From: Candidatus Latescibacterota bacterium | GTDB taxonomy: Bacteria > Latescibacterota > UBA2968 | Direction of reading: 5' to 3' | NCBI GenBank assembly: GCA_965198115.1 | Contig: OZ240241.1 | Location: 2,496,001 to 2,560,000, forward strand | DNA: 64,000 nucleotides | In this document: one piece after another, positions 1-10,070 of the stretch | Layout: each line of letters begins with the position of its first letter | Numbering within the stretch: the stretch's first letter is position 1 | The notes under the pieces: model-generated | Database searches by the model: none | What the model was told of the DNA's origin: nothing | What the model saw: the letters and a program-made list of their open reading frames with translations, nothing else | Program-made: the position numbers and the translations under genes

Positions 1-1384
1 CGAAGGAAGGCTCGCCGAACTCGGGCGTCATCGCACCGGGGGCCTGTATGGGCATCAACGCGTCCGGACGCGACGGTTTCGGAATCAGATAGTAGGTCTT
101 GTAGCCACACGCTGGTACGTCCCGGGCAACGAACCGAAATCCGATCTCCGCTGTTTCGACCTGCTTTCCCCGAGTCTCCTCAACATCGATGGGATCGCCA
201 CCGTCGTCCACGACGCGATAGAGGTCGTAGCGCTCGAAATCGCCGACCCGCCCCTCTCCATAGAAGACAACGTGAGCGTTCACAGGCCCCGTGGCCGTCC
301 ACGGGTTCGGGTTGAACACGACGAGCGCCAGCGTACCATCTGGCCCATCCCCGAACACCACCTGCTCGGCGATCCACGTTTCGGCCGAATCGGCCATTGC
401 CTTGGCACGACCCAGGAGGGATGCGGACGCGGATTCCATCTCTCTCAATTTGGTCTCGTCTGACGTGCCACCATAGGTCCCGTCTGATAATTCCAGCAGC
501 CGCCGCCACAGGGCGTCTGTCGATTCGGGTGACTTCCCCAGGCAGGCGGCCATCGTCAGCGTCGCCTCCGCACGCAGAAGCGCCCGCGAGATCGACGCCG
601 TCCGGAGGATCGGAATTGGGTCGACCGCCTCGGCCGACACGCACGTGCGCTCCCAATCGGTCCTCACCCCACTCGCCGTCTCCTCGTACACCGTCTCCAG
701 TGTCGTGCAGATGACCGTGTTGGGCACCCCCGCGCTCACGAGTCGATCGACGAGATCGGGCGGCGGGCACCACCCGTCCTCTCCTACCCCCAGGTCACCG
801 GATCGTGAGAACAACTCGGCCACGGCGGCCACCGCCCGCTTGGCCTTCCCGGGCTCCTGGGACAACGCCTCCAACACTTGCTCTGCGCCGGGCGTGTTCC
901 ACGCTGGCAGCACCGTGCCGTCGGGCGATTGCCAGTCGAAACGACTCGGAATGTCCTCTGCGACGGTCAGAGCGACACGACGGACACCCGAGAGCCGAAG
1001 AATCTGTGGCATCTGCGTGATTCCCGACCCTACGGGCCCCAGATAAGCGTCCTCGGAAATGCCGCCAAGATGATCCCTCAACCATCGCTGGCCAACGCAA
1101 AGACCCCTGACCAGGTCTTCGGGATCGACAGGGTTATGGTAATGGGAGGCCCACGATGCCCCCAAAGACAGGGTGCGGGCGTCACGCCGTGCCCGCAGCA
1201 GATCGCAGTGTTCGGGTCGGACGCGAAGGCAGTGAGCGAGAACGGAGAGGGATTCGACCGCGACGGGCACTATGCCGGCAGTATCGCGAACCAGTGCTCC
1301 GACGACATTGTGTCCCCGGGACAGGCAGGCGGGTTCGTCTCCAACCCCAAAGTGTCGGAGACGGGTGATGGGTATCAGACGCAC
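1..1384 (-). CDS. GH38 alpha-mannosidase-like protein, degenerate active site; runs off the left edge
   Basis: Absent from the ORF track because there is no stop in the window. Manual translation from GTG 1384 is open to base 2: VRLIPITRLRH..VDPEDLVRGLCVGQRW..TQMPQILRLSG..FDWQSPDGT..LVVFNPNPW..DVPACGYKTYYL, which follows the GH38 motif order. Confidence 0.7.
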   Translation of the reverse strand, partial: MRLIPITRLRHFGVGDEPACLSRGHNVVGALVRDTAGIVPVAVESLSVLAHCLRVRPEHCDLLRARRDARTLSLGASWASHYHNPVDPEDLVRGLCVGQRWLRDHLGGISEDAYLGPVGSGITQMPQILRLSGVRRVALTVAEDIPSRFDWQSPDGTVLPAWNTPGAEQVLEALSQEPGKAKRAVAAVAELFSRSGDLGVGEDGWCPPPDLVDRLVSAGVPNTVICTTLETVYEETASGVRTDWERTCVSAEAVDPIPILRTASISRALLRAEATLTMAACLGKSPESTDALWRRLLELSDGTYGGTSDETKLREMESASASLLGRAKAMADSAETWIAEQVVFGDGPDGTLALVVFNPNPWTATGPVNAHVVFYGEGRVGDFERYDLYRVVDDGGDPIDVEETRGKQVETAEIGFRFVARDVPACGYKTYYLIPKPSRPDALMPIQAPGAMTPEFGEPSF

Positions 1385-1506
1385 GATCGCGAAGCCTTGA
1401 AAATCCCTAGAAGTGGTTGGAATTCAAGGTACTTATGATACGGAGGGGCACATCGCGTGTAAAGGAGATTCGCTGTGGACAATCGTAGAAGGGAACGATC
1501 TATCGG

Positions 1507-2838
1507 CTAGAACTCGCCGAAATCCTGAATGACGAGACCCGTAAATACCTTCGGATAGAAAAAGGTGGATTTGGGAGGCATGCGCTCGCCGGCCAACACC
1601 ACGTCACGCAACTGTTTCATCGATACGGGACTCAAGTAGAAGCCCGCACAACCGTCGGACCTCTTTACGAGACGCTGCACCTCAGGCTCTACCTTGATGA
1701 ACCGGACCTTCTCCCCCTTCGTCAGATCGTGGTTATCCAGATCGAGCGCTCGACCGAGGACCAGTTGCAGCAGACCCGAGTCGAGTTGTCGCCAGGCGTC
1801 GGACCGGCCATCTGGATCGAGAGCGGCCAGGTCCACCGCCTCCTTCAGGGTCAAATAAGTCACGTACCGACCCGTCCCGAAGAGCGCGGCGAGGACCGTT
1901 GCCCCGACGGCGACGCGGGTCTCGAGTTGAACCTGAACGTCATCCGTCGTCGTGAACTCGGCCTCTTCGATCTCGAACCATTCCCCCAGACGATCCCGAA
2001 GCGACGTCGCCCCTCCGTCGCCGAGATCGACGACGACGCGGTGTATCGGTTTGATCGCCATGCCTTCGTCGTCGTCCATGTTTACGAGCGTCTGCATGGA
2101 ATAGGCATAGGATCGATCATCTCTACTCCCCTGCAGCTCGAAACGATCGTCACGATAGGTCACGGCCGTCTCATACCGATGATGACCATCGGCGATGAAG
2201 AGCTCCTTGTCGACGAAAAAGGTCTGAATGTCCGCCAGTGTCGTGCGGTCGCAAACGCGCCAGAACCGATGCGTCACCCCTTCGTCATCGTCGAACTCGA
2301 ACAGGGGTTCGGCCGCCTTTTGTGGCTCCAGAAGGGCAGCCACGTGGCGACCCGGGTCGCTGAAGAGAGAGAAGATCTGTCCGAAAGCCGCCTCCGTGTG
2401 TTCCATCAGCGAAAGACGGTCGGCCTTCGGACCGGGCATCGTGTGTTCGTGGGGATAGATCTGCCCCTTCCCGAAGGGCTCAATCTCGACCAGGGCAACC
2501 AGACCCTGTCGTGTTTTCTTCGTCATGCCGCGGTGGAACTCGATGTCGAACGTCTGCTCGTAAACGTAGAACGAAGGCGCGTCGTCCTGAATCAGGTCGT
2601 CGGAAGACTTCCAGGCATCGTAGTCGGCCGCCGCACGCACGTAGCGATTGGTCGCGTCACCGTCTCCTGTTGCACCCTTTCCCTGGATGATCCGAACGAT
2701 GTTGTTCGGGTGACGATCGTAAAGTATCTGCTGGTAGGCATCGTCGATCACGTCGTAGGGCGGAGACACCACATCGCCCGCCCGAACACGATCGAGATTG
2801 AAGCGAACCCCTCTGAAGGGCCTGATTCGAGCCATCAC
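1507..2838 (-). CDS. DUF1015 family protein (ParB/Srx-like core)
   Basis: IRPFRG, PPYDVI, PHEHT, IADGHHRYETA, MPPKSTFFYPK motifs; starts 23 bp after the metH stop. Confidence 0.92.
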   Translation of the reverse strand: MMARIRPFRGVRFNLDRVRAGDVVSPPYDVIDDAYQQILYDRHPNNIVRIIQGKGATGDGDATNRYVRAAADYDAWKSSDDLIQDDAPSFYVYEQTFDIEFHRGMTKKTRQGLVALVEIEPFGKGQIYPHEHTMPGPKADRLSLMEHTEAAFGQIFSLFSDPGRHVAALLEPQKAAEPLFEFDDDEGVTHRFWRVCDRTTLADIQTFFVDKELFIADGHHRYETAVTYRDDRFELQGSRDDRSYAYSMQTLVNMDDDEGMAIKPIHRVVVDLGDGGATSLRDRLGEWFEIEEAEFTTTDDVQVQLETRVAVGATVLAALFGTGRYVTYLTLKEAVDLAALDPDGRSDAWRQLDSGLLQLVLGRALDLDNHDLTKGEKVRFIKVEPEVQRLVKRSDGCAGFYLSPVSMKQLRDVVLAGERMPPKSTFFYPKVFTGLVIQDFGEF

Positions 2839-2861
2839 GTCTCCTCAACGAACACGAACAC

Positions 2862-5800
2862 TCATCCCGAATACGCGAGGTTCTGTCCGAGCCACTTTTC
2901 GGCTTCTTCGACCGACGTGCCCTTTCGCTCTGCGTAGGCCTCGACCTGATCGCGGCCGACCTTTCCGACCGAAAAGTAACGCGCATCGGGATGGGCAAAG
3001 TAGAAGCCACAGACTGACGCGGGCGGATCCATCGCGAAATTCTCGGTGAGTCGAACACCGATCGCCTCCTCGACCGAGAGCAACTCGAAGAGGCGCCGCT
3101 TTTCGGTATGGTCCGGGCAAGCCGGGTATCCCGGGGCCGGCCTGATCCCGCGGTATTTTTCATCTCCTCGTGCGTCAGATTCTCGTTCCGACCGTATCCC
3201 CAGTCTTTCCTGGCCTTCGCGTGAACCATCTCCGCGGTCGCCTCGGCGAATCGATCCGCCAGTGCCTGTACCAGGATCGCTGAGTAGTCGTCTCCCTCGC
3301 GCTGATACCGCGCGACGGGCGCCTCGATGCCCTTTGTCGTCACGCAAAAACCCCCCAGATAGTCCTTCGATCCACCATCGACCGGGGCAACGAAATCCGC
3401 GAGCGCATAGTAAGGGCCTCCGGAGCCCTTTTCCTGTTGCTGGCGTAGCGTGTGAAACCGTGTCCGTTCCGCGCCACGTCCTTCGTCGACATAGACAGCG
3501 ATGTCGTCACCCACACTACTGGCGGGAAAGAAACCGTAGACCGCATCGCACACCATCCAGCCTTCCTCCTTCACACGGTCCAGCATGTGCCGGGCATCGG
3601 CATACAGTTTCCTCGCCTCTTCGCCCTTGACGGGATCGTTCAACAGCGCAGGATAGCCACCACGCATTTCCCACGTGTGGAAGAAAGGGCCCCAATCGAT
3701 GAACGGCTTCACAGAATCCAGATCGATTCGCTGAAGAACCTGCGTCCCCAGGAATGTGGGGGGGCCGCTCTTCTCGAACGTCAACGAGGGTCCGTTCGTC
3801 ACGGCCTTTCGATACGGCAGGATCGGACGCCACGGCACCCCTTCCTCGAAGGCGGCCTGTTCCCTTTCCTGTTCCTCTCGGTTCGTGCGAACAAATTCGT
3901 CCCGTGTCTTCCCACCATCAACCTTCCGACGACGCCGGACGCGAGAGAGGCGTCCTTCACGTGGATCGTGGCGCGTGAATAGGCCGGCGCGATCTTAACG
4001 GCCGTATGTCTTCGGCTCGTCGTCGCACCCCCGATCAAGAGCGGAACCTCGAACCCTTCGCGCTCCATCTCCCCTGCCACGTGGACCATCTCGCGAAGCG
4101 ATGGTGTGATCAACCCGGACAGACCGACGATGTCGACAGACTCCTCACGAGCGGTCCTCAGAATCTGTTCGGCCGTGACCATCACCCCCAGGTCGACAAC
4201 GTCGTAGTTGTTACACCCCAGGACAACACCGACGATGTTCTTACCGATATCGTGCACGTCACCCTTCACAGTGGCCAGGAGCACCTTGCCACGCGATCGT
4301 CCACCACCCTCTCGCGATTCCTCTTCCATAAGCGGCTCGAGGATCGCGACCGCCTGCTTCATCACTCGCGCCGTCTTGACGACCTGAGGAAGAAACATCT
4401 TCCCCGCACCGAAGAGATCGCCCACGACGTTCATCCCGTCCATCAGCGGCCCTTCGATAATGTCCAGAGGCTTCGCATAGACCGTCAACGCCTCTGCGAC
4501 GTCCTTGTCGATGAACTCGCTTCGGCCGTGTCGCAGGGCATAGGCCAGTCGCTCCTCGAGTGTCCCGGAACGCCAGGCATCCTCCTCCTTCTTTGAATCC
4601 TTTTTACCCTGGACACGGCCCGCATAATCGACCAGCCGTTCGGTCGCATCCGGCCTGCGATTGAACAGCACATCCTGGATCAGTTTCAAAAGATCGGGCG
4701 GAATGTCCTCGTAAACCCCGAGCTGACCGGCATTCACGATGCCCATGTCCATGCCCGCGGCGATGGCGTGATACAGAAAAGCCGCGTGGATCGCTTCCCG
4801 CACCGTGTCGTTTCCCCGAAAAGAGAAGGAAATGTTACTCACACCCCCACTGATCTTCACGAGCGGCATGCGTGCTTTGATCTGCCTCGTCGCCTCGATG
4901 AAGTTGACCGCGTAGTCGTTGTGTTCCTCGATTCCCGTCGCGACGGTCAGGATGTTCGGATCGAAAATGATGTCGGTCGGATCCATCCCGACATCGTCGG
5001 TCAGGATGCCATACGCCCGTTCGCAGATTTCGACCTTCCTGTCGATCGACGTGGCCTGCCCCTCTTCGTCGAAAGCCATGACGACGACCGCAGCCCCGTA
5101 ACGTCGACAGATATCGGCGCCGCGCCGAAACGCCTCTTCACCCTCCTTCAAGCTGATGGAGTTCACGATCGCCTTCCCCTGAACGCACTTCAGCCCGGCG
5201 ACGATCACGTCGAAGTCGGAACTGTCGATCATGATCGGCACGCGCGAGATGTCGGGCTCGGACGCTATCAGGTTCAAAAAGCGTGTCATCACCGCGGGTG
5301 AGTCGAGCATGCCCTCATCCACGTTCACGTCGATGATGTTGGCCCCGCCTTCGACCTGGTCGCGCGCGATGTCCAGCGCCGTCCCGTAGTCCTCGTTCTT
5401 GATCAATCGGGCGAACCGACGCGACCCAGTCACGTTCGTTCGCTCACCGATCATCACGAAGTTCGTGTCGGGGCGAATCGTCAGGGGTTCCAGACCGCTG
5501 TAACGCGTCAGACGCTCCCGGGGAGGTGGACGCCTCACGGGTTTGCCCTCCATCGCCTGGCAGATCGCCTGGATGTGTTCGGGCGTCGTACCGCAACAGC
5601 CGCCAACCAGATTGAGCCATCGTTCGTCCGCGAAGGACGAAAGCACCTCCGCCATGTGCTGGGGGGTGTCGTCGTACTCCCCGAACTCATTCGGAAGCCC
5701 CGCATTCGGGTAGCAGCTGACGAAGATGTCGCTGCACGCGGCCAGTGCCTCCACATACGGACGCATCTCGGTCGCACCCAGTGCACAATTGATCCCGACG

Positions 5801-6522
5801 CACAACGGATCGACGTGAGCGACCGACTCCCAGAATGCCTCGACCGTTTGCCCCGACAACGTCCGCCCGCTCTGATCCGTGACCGTCACCGAGATCATCA
5901 GCGGAATACGTCTGCCCCCGTCACGGAAGTACTGCTCGATCCCGTAGAGCCCGGCCTTGAGGGTCAGCGTATCGAACACCGTTTCGACGAGCAGCAGATC
6001 CACGCCGCCGTCACCCAGCCCGCGAACCTGGTCGTAGTAGGCGGCCACGACCTCGTCGAACGTCCTCGATCGGTAGCCCGGGTCGTTGACGTCGGACGAC
6101 AGGGAGAGGGTGCTGTTCGTCGGACCCACGCCACCCGCCACGAACCGTGGGCGCTCCGTCGACGCGTCGAACCCATCGACCGCCCTTCTGGCGATCTGCG
6201 CGGCCGCAAGATTCAGGGCGTAGGCCCGATCGGCCAATCCATAGTCCGCCAGGGAAATGGCCGTCGAGCTGAAGCTGTTCGTCTCGATGACATCCGACCC
6301 GGCCTCCAGGAACCCCCGATGTATCTCTTCCACCGTTTCGGCGTTGGAGATAACCAGAGCCTCGTTGCACTCGGTCAGATCGCTGGGATGGTCGCAGAAC
6401 ACCTGACCACGGAAGTCCCGCTCTTCGAATTCGTAGGACTGGACCATCGTGCCCATCGCGCCGTCGAGGATCAGGATCCGGTCCTCGAGCAGTGCGCGAA
6501 GTTGTTGTTCGGTCTGAGTCAT
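2862..6522 (-). CDS. metH: Cobalamin-dependent methionine synthase (two frameshifts, at about 3915 and 3165)
   Basis: [41 protein letters not shown] (B12 His), then the activation domain [10 protein letters not shown] and [16 protein letters not shown] across three ORFs; ATG at 6522. Confidence 0.96.
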
Positions 6523-6560
6523 AAATTCTGAGGGAACGACGTCGGGTTCGTTCTGAATAG

Positions 6561-6604
6561 AAAAAAGAAACGCCTGGGCGCGCATCGTGATGGGTGCCCA
6601 GGCG
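6561..6604 (-). terminator. Intrinsic terminator (riboswitch expression platform)
   Basis: Stem CGCCUGGGC...GCCCAGGCG followed by UUUCUUUUUU; the 5' arm is part of aptamer P3; about 40 nt before the metH ATG. Confidence 0.88.
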
Positions 6605-6668
6605 GTCGGCTGCCTCTCGCTGCTACTTCCACGTAGTCGATTCCACTCATCCGCCAGTCGCAGCAGCG
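6595..6668 (-). ncRNA. ZMP/ZTP (pfl) riboswitch aptamer
   Basis: RNA reads CGCUGCUGC GACUGGCGGAUGA GUGG AAUCGA CUAC GUGGAA GUAGCAGCG AGAGGCA GCCGACCGCCUGGGCA. It has a 9-bp P1, the conserved GACUGGCG, a short P2, and the P3 GCCGACCGCCUGGGC whose loop can form the pseudoknot with GGCG. Confidence 0.9.
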
Positions 6669-6708
6669 TCGCCACACGAGGTGGCGATTTTTGTGATCGG
6701 GGGTTCTA

Positions 6709-8061
6709 TCAGCCGGCGGCTTCCTTCCGCTTTTGCGCTTCAACGCGTTTTGCGAAGGCCTTTTTCATGTTTTCGTCGACGCGCTTGCCCTTCGTCGCCT
6801 CACGGCGCTCGGAAACCTGCGCCTGGACCGAGGCGACCTTGTTCTTTTCTTCTTCGGGCTTTTGGTCGTCTCGGAGACGCTGGCCGATAGCCACGAGCAG
6901 CTTCCGGTAGGTGTTGTGATCCTCCGCGTTCGGATGAAGCGTGAACGGCGGCATGAACTTGAGCCCCAGACCGTTCCGACGCTTCTTCGGGTCCATCTCC
7001 TGAATCAGGTCCCTCGGGAAAATCTGGAACGCGATTCTTTCCTTTGGCGGATCTGCTTCTTGAATGTTTCCGAGCGTGAGCGGCAGGAAAATATCGATTT
7101 CCTTGCCCGCCTTCTGTGCGAATGTGCGCACGAGCAGCTCTTTGACTTCGTCGGAGATTTCGAAGTGAAGCAGGAAACCGATGAAGGAGTTCAACTCCAT
7201 CAGGTGGTCATTCGGTTTCTTATAATGAGAGGGCAACATCTTATCGTGCTCGATGCCGGCCAGGAGCGACCCTGGCGTGAACAGGTTGATCTGATCTACC
7301 CCGAAATCGATCAACTGAACGTTCTCGATCGTCTTCAGGTGGTCCTTGCTTTCCATATCTTCGAGGTGCTTGTAGATGTCATCCTGAATGCCCTCGAAAT
7401 AGTCGGCTACTTTCTTGGCCCACATGCCACCACCCGAAATACAATACAGCTTCGTCTTGAAAATGTAGGGGGCAAAATCTTCTGCGTTGAAGGATTCAGG
7501 CGCATTCGGGAAGCAAGTCAGCTTGTCGACGCGCAGCTGAACGACCTCTTCGCCCTGACGGATTCCGTTCTCGCCTAATTTCTTTTCTGTCAACTCACGC
7601 GAGCCCACCCAATGCTTCCCCGTCTTGTGATCGGGAACGAACAGGGCCTCTTGCAGGAACGTGCAGGCCGCGGTGAAGTAGAGCTCGTTGCCACCGGCGG
7701 CCGCCAGGGGCAGACTGTAGGAAACCTCGACCTTCTCGCCGGCTTCGAGCGGGTTGTCGGCAGGTATGAAATTTCCGCCCGGGAGGGCTTTGGGACGCGC
7801 CACGACGAGAACGGGCCTGGGTCCGCTCTTGAAGTTCATCACCTGAAGCGTGTTGATGGAGCCCGTGCCGCGGCCGGCGAGCAGGGATGCGGCTTTGAGC
7901 TTGATTCTCGCCACGCTGCTCTGAACCGGCGCGTCTCTGATTCCCTTGAGGAGCGTGCCGAGCTGTTCGGGCTTGGAGAAAACCTGAACTCGTTCCCAGT
8001 TGATCCCAGCCTTCTTGGCTTTTTTCGCTGGTGCTTTCTTTTTCCCACCAAAGAGTGCCAT
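6709..8061 (-). CDS. Hypothetical Lys-rich protein, about 450 aa
   Basis: Long ORF with protein-like composition; likely start ATG 8061; sigma70 promoter upstream. Confidence 0.8.
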   Translation of the reverse strand: MALFGGKKKAPAKKAKKAGINWERVQVFSKPEQLGTLLKGIRDAPVQSSVARIKLKAASLLAGRGTGSINTLQVMNFKSGPRPVLVVARPKALPGGNFIPADNPLEAGEKVEVSYSLPLAAAGGNELYFTAACTFLQEALFVPDHKTGKHWVGSRELTEKKLGENGIRQGEEVVQLRVDKLTCFPNAPESFNAEDFAPYIFKTKLYCISGGGMWAKKVADYFEGIQDDIYKHLEDMESKDHLKTIENVQLIDFGVDQINLFTPGSLLAGIEHDKMLPSHYKKPNDHLMELNSFIGFLLHFEISDEVKELLVRTFAQKAGKEIDIFLPLTLGNIQEADPPKERIAFQIFPRDLIQEMDPKKRRNGLGLKFMPPFTLHPNAEDHNTYRKLLVAIGQRLRDDQKPEEEKNKVASVQAQVSERREATKGKRVDENMKKAFAKRVEAQKRKEAAG

Positions 8062-8118
8062 AATGCCTCTTGGGAAAGCGCGGGATGGTCGACGGAGGCC
8101 TACTTCCTGTAACATGTG

Positions 8119-8147
8119 AACTTAAAAACCACTCGGTGGAGTGTCAA
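8119..8147 (-). promoter_or_regulatory. sigma70-type promoter
   Basis: TTGACA-N17-TAAGTT. Confidence 0.55.
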
Positions 8148-8278
8148 GTCAAATGGCCTGTCGCCTTGGCCAGAACCCGGCGACAAACCCCTTTGCATCA
8201 GGCGAAAAAGCCCGATAACAGCCTTCCAATGCCCCAGCCACGATTCCACGGCCAATTCGGGCGGGAAACGGACGCACT

Positions 8279-9010
8279 TTAAAACAGCAGCGCGACGAAC
8301 CCGCCCAGCAGCATCAATCCCATCCCCAGGGTCCTGACAGCGGCTTCGCTGATCCGGTCTCGAAGAACAACCGAAAGGAAGAATCCACCCACGATGCCAG
8401 GGACGGCCTGGGCGGCCAACCGAAACGTGAACGGTGTGATCAGACCGACGTTGAACTGCACGCAGGCCAGAGTACAGGACATCACGAGGAAAAACCCGAA
8501 AAGCGTGGCACGGAAGGATGTGAGGGCCCACCGCTGCTTCAAACCCATCAGGACGATCGGCGGGCCGGCAGCCGCCGTGGCGCCACCCGTCACTCCACCG
8601 GCCAGTCCGGCAACCCAGCGGGCGAGCGTGTCGCGCCTGAACGGAGCTCCTGGCTTGAATCGAAGCGCGATCGTCAGCGCGATCATCGCAAAACCGATGG
8701 CCCGCTTGAGCGTGACCGGGTCGACCACCTTCAGCGCCATCGTACCGGGAACGACACCGATCGCGGCACCTGCGACCCACAGGCCAAGGAGCCGCCAGTC
8801 CAAATCGCGCCTCTGCTGGTAGGTCTGTGCCACTCCGAGGGGAATGTAGACAACCGTCAGAGCGGGTACGACGATCTGGGGTGGATAGACTTGAATCAGA
8901 CCGATCAGACCCAGAAGCATGAAACCGAAACCGGCGATCCCCTGAATCGCCGTCGCAGCCCCCATCACACCCGAAGCCTGGAGGACACCCACCCACTCGA
9001 TTTCGTCCAC
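8279..9010 (-). CDS. Sulfite exporter TauE/SafE family membrane protein
   Basis: QGIAGFGF and GG..GGATAAAGPP repeats; about 8 hydrophobic segments. Confidence 0.88.
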   Translation of the reverse strand: MDEIEWVGVLQASGVMGAATAIQGIAGFGFMLLGLIGLIQVYPPQIVVPALTVVYIPLGVAQTYQQRRDLDWRLLGLWVAGAAIGVVPGTMALKVVDPVTLKRAIGFAMIALTIALRFKPGAPFRRDTLARWVAGLAGGVTGGATAAAGPPIVLMGLKQRWALTSFRATLFGFFLVMSCTLACVQFNVGLITPFTFRLAAQAVPGIVGGFFLSVVLRDRISEAAVRTLGMGLMLLGGFVALLF

Positions 9011-9017
9011 GATGCTC

Positions 9018-10070
9018 CTACGATTGCCTGGAAAAAGCGGTCTTCAAGGGGGCGTTTCGTTCCGCCCGGTCATACCACCCCTGCGCGGAAAAGTCCGTCG
9101 TGTGGAGATAGCAACGGATGTTCACCGAACATGAATCTTCGGTGAAGGTCAGAAGACGTGTCATCGAAATGTTCTTCTTTCCGTGATACTTCGAGATGGC
9201 CGCACAGTTGACGAACGTCGTGCCCCACCGACGTTCGACGTGGGACATGCCACCCGTGGTGTCGTCGGGGTGCGTATGCGTGTGGCCCCCCAACCAGAGG
9301 TCCACAGCACCGTAGTGTTCGGCCAGAAACGACTCGAAGCGCCCCGAGTCTGGCTCGCCCCCCACCCAGTAGAGGTAGGACGCTCCCACCGGAGCACCGT
9401 CGTCGAAACGTCCGTGGTAGCCTTCATCGACACCCAGCCAGTCGAGCGACGCAACCGTCGTGCCTTTGAGCATATGATGATGAATACTCACGATGATCTG
9501 ATCCTGGTTGGCGAGCACTTCGTCACACCACCAATCGAACGTCTCCATCGTCACCGCACCAGCCGGAAACCCGCCACGACTTCCTCGTCCGACCGGCGGG
9601 CCCCCATCGTTGCGATCCCCCATCAACAAAAAGACGATGTTGCCCACCTCGAATTTGTAGCGCTCCCACGTTCCTTCTATGGGAAACGGCCGTTTCGCCG
9701 CATCCACGCCCGAGCGGGCCGTGTGTTCACCCGTAGGATCGATCCACTTTCGAAACCACCACTGACACGGCTCGTCCGGGCCGCTTGCGTCATGATTGCC
9801 GACAATATTGTAAGTGTCCTCTCTCCTGTGCGCCGTCGAAACGCCATACTGCCGGACGACTTCCTCCCCCTCCGCGTCGTCGGGTGGCGTCTGCGACCCC
9901 GACGTATCCCCGATGTCGATCATGATGTCCCACTCGAACGGCGGCCCACCGTCATCGCCCCCCTGCTCCGCCTGGAGAATGACCTCGCTCAGGCTGTGAC
10001 GGCCCCCGCGGGCGATGTCCGTCCCAACGTGCGCGTCTCCGCCAGCCCACACTGTGAACGTGTCAGCCAC
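9018..10070 (-). CDS. Calcineurin-like metallophosphoesterase
   Basis: DAHVG, IGD, GNHD, HH, GHTH motifs; GTG 10070 overlaps the upstream stop. Confidence 0.88.
   Translation of the reverse strand: MADTFTVWAGGDAHVGTDIARGGRHSLSEVILQAEQGGDDGGPPFEWDIMIDIGDTSGSQTPPDDAEGEEVVRQYGVSTAHRREDTYNIVGNHDASGPDEPCQWWFRKWIDPTGEHTARSGVDAAKRPFPIEGTWERYKFEVGNIVFLLMGDRNDGGPPVGRGSRGGFPAGAVTMETFDWWCDEVLANQDQIIVSIHHHMLKGTTVASLDWLGVDEGYHGRFDDGAPVGASYLYWVGGEPDSGRFESFLAEHYGAVDLWLGGHTHTHPDDTTGGMSHVERRWGTTFVNCAAISKYHGKKNISMTRLLTFTEDSCSVNIRCYLHTTDFSAQGWYDRAERNAPLKTAFSRQS

Noticed and set aside
6523-6675. N-terminal extension of MetH in the ORF track
   Set aside because: It overlaps the riboswitch and terminator; MetH similarity starts at ATG 6522.
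6523-6700. SAM or cobalamin riboswitch before metH
   Set aside because: No SAM-I core or B12 box; the sequence fits the ZTP class instead.
8200-8220. CCCGATAA as a sigma28 -10 box
   Set aside because: No TAAA -35 box and no downstream gene on that strand.
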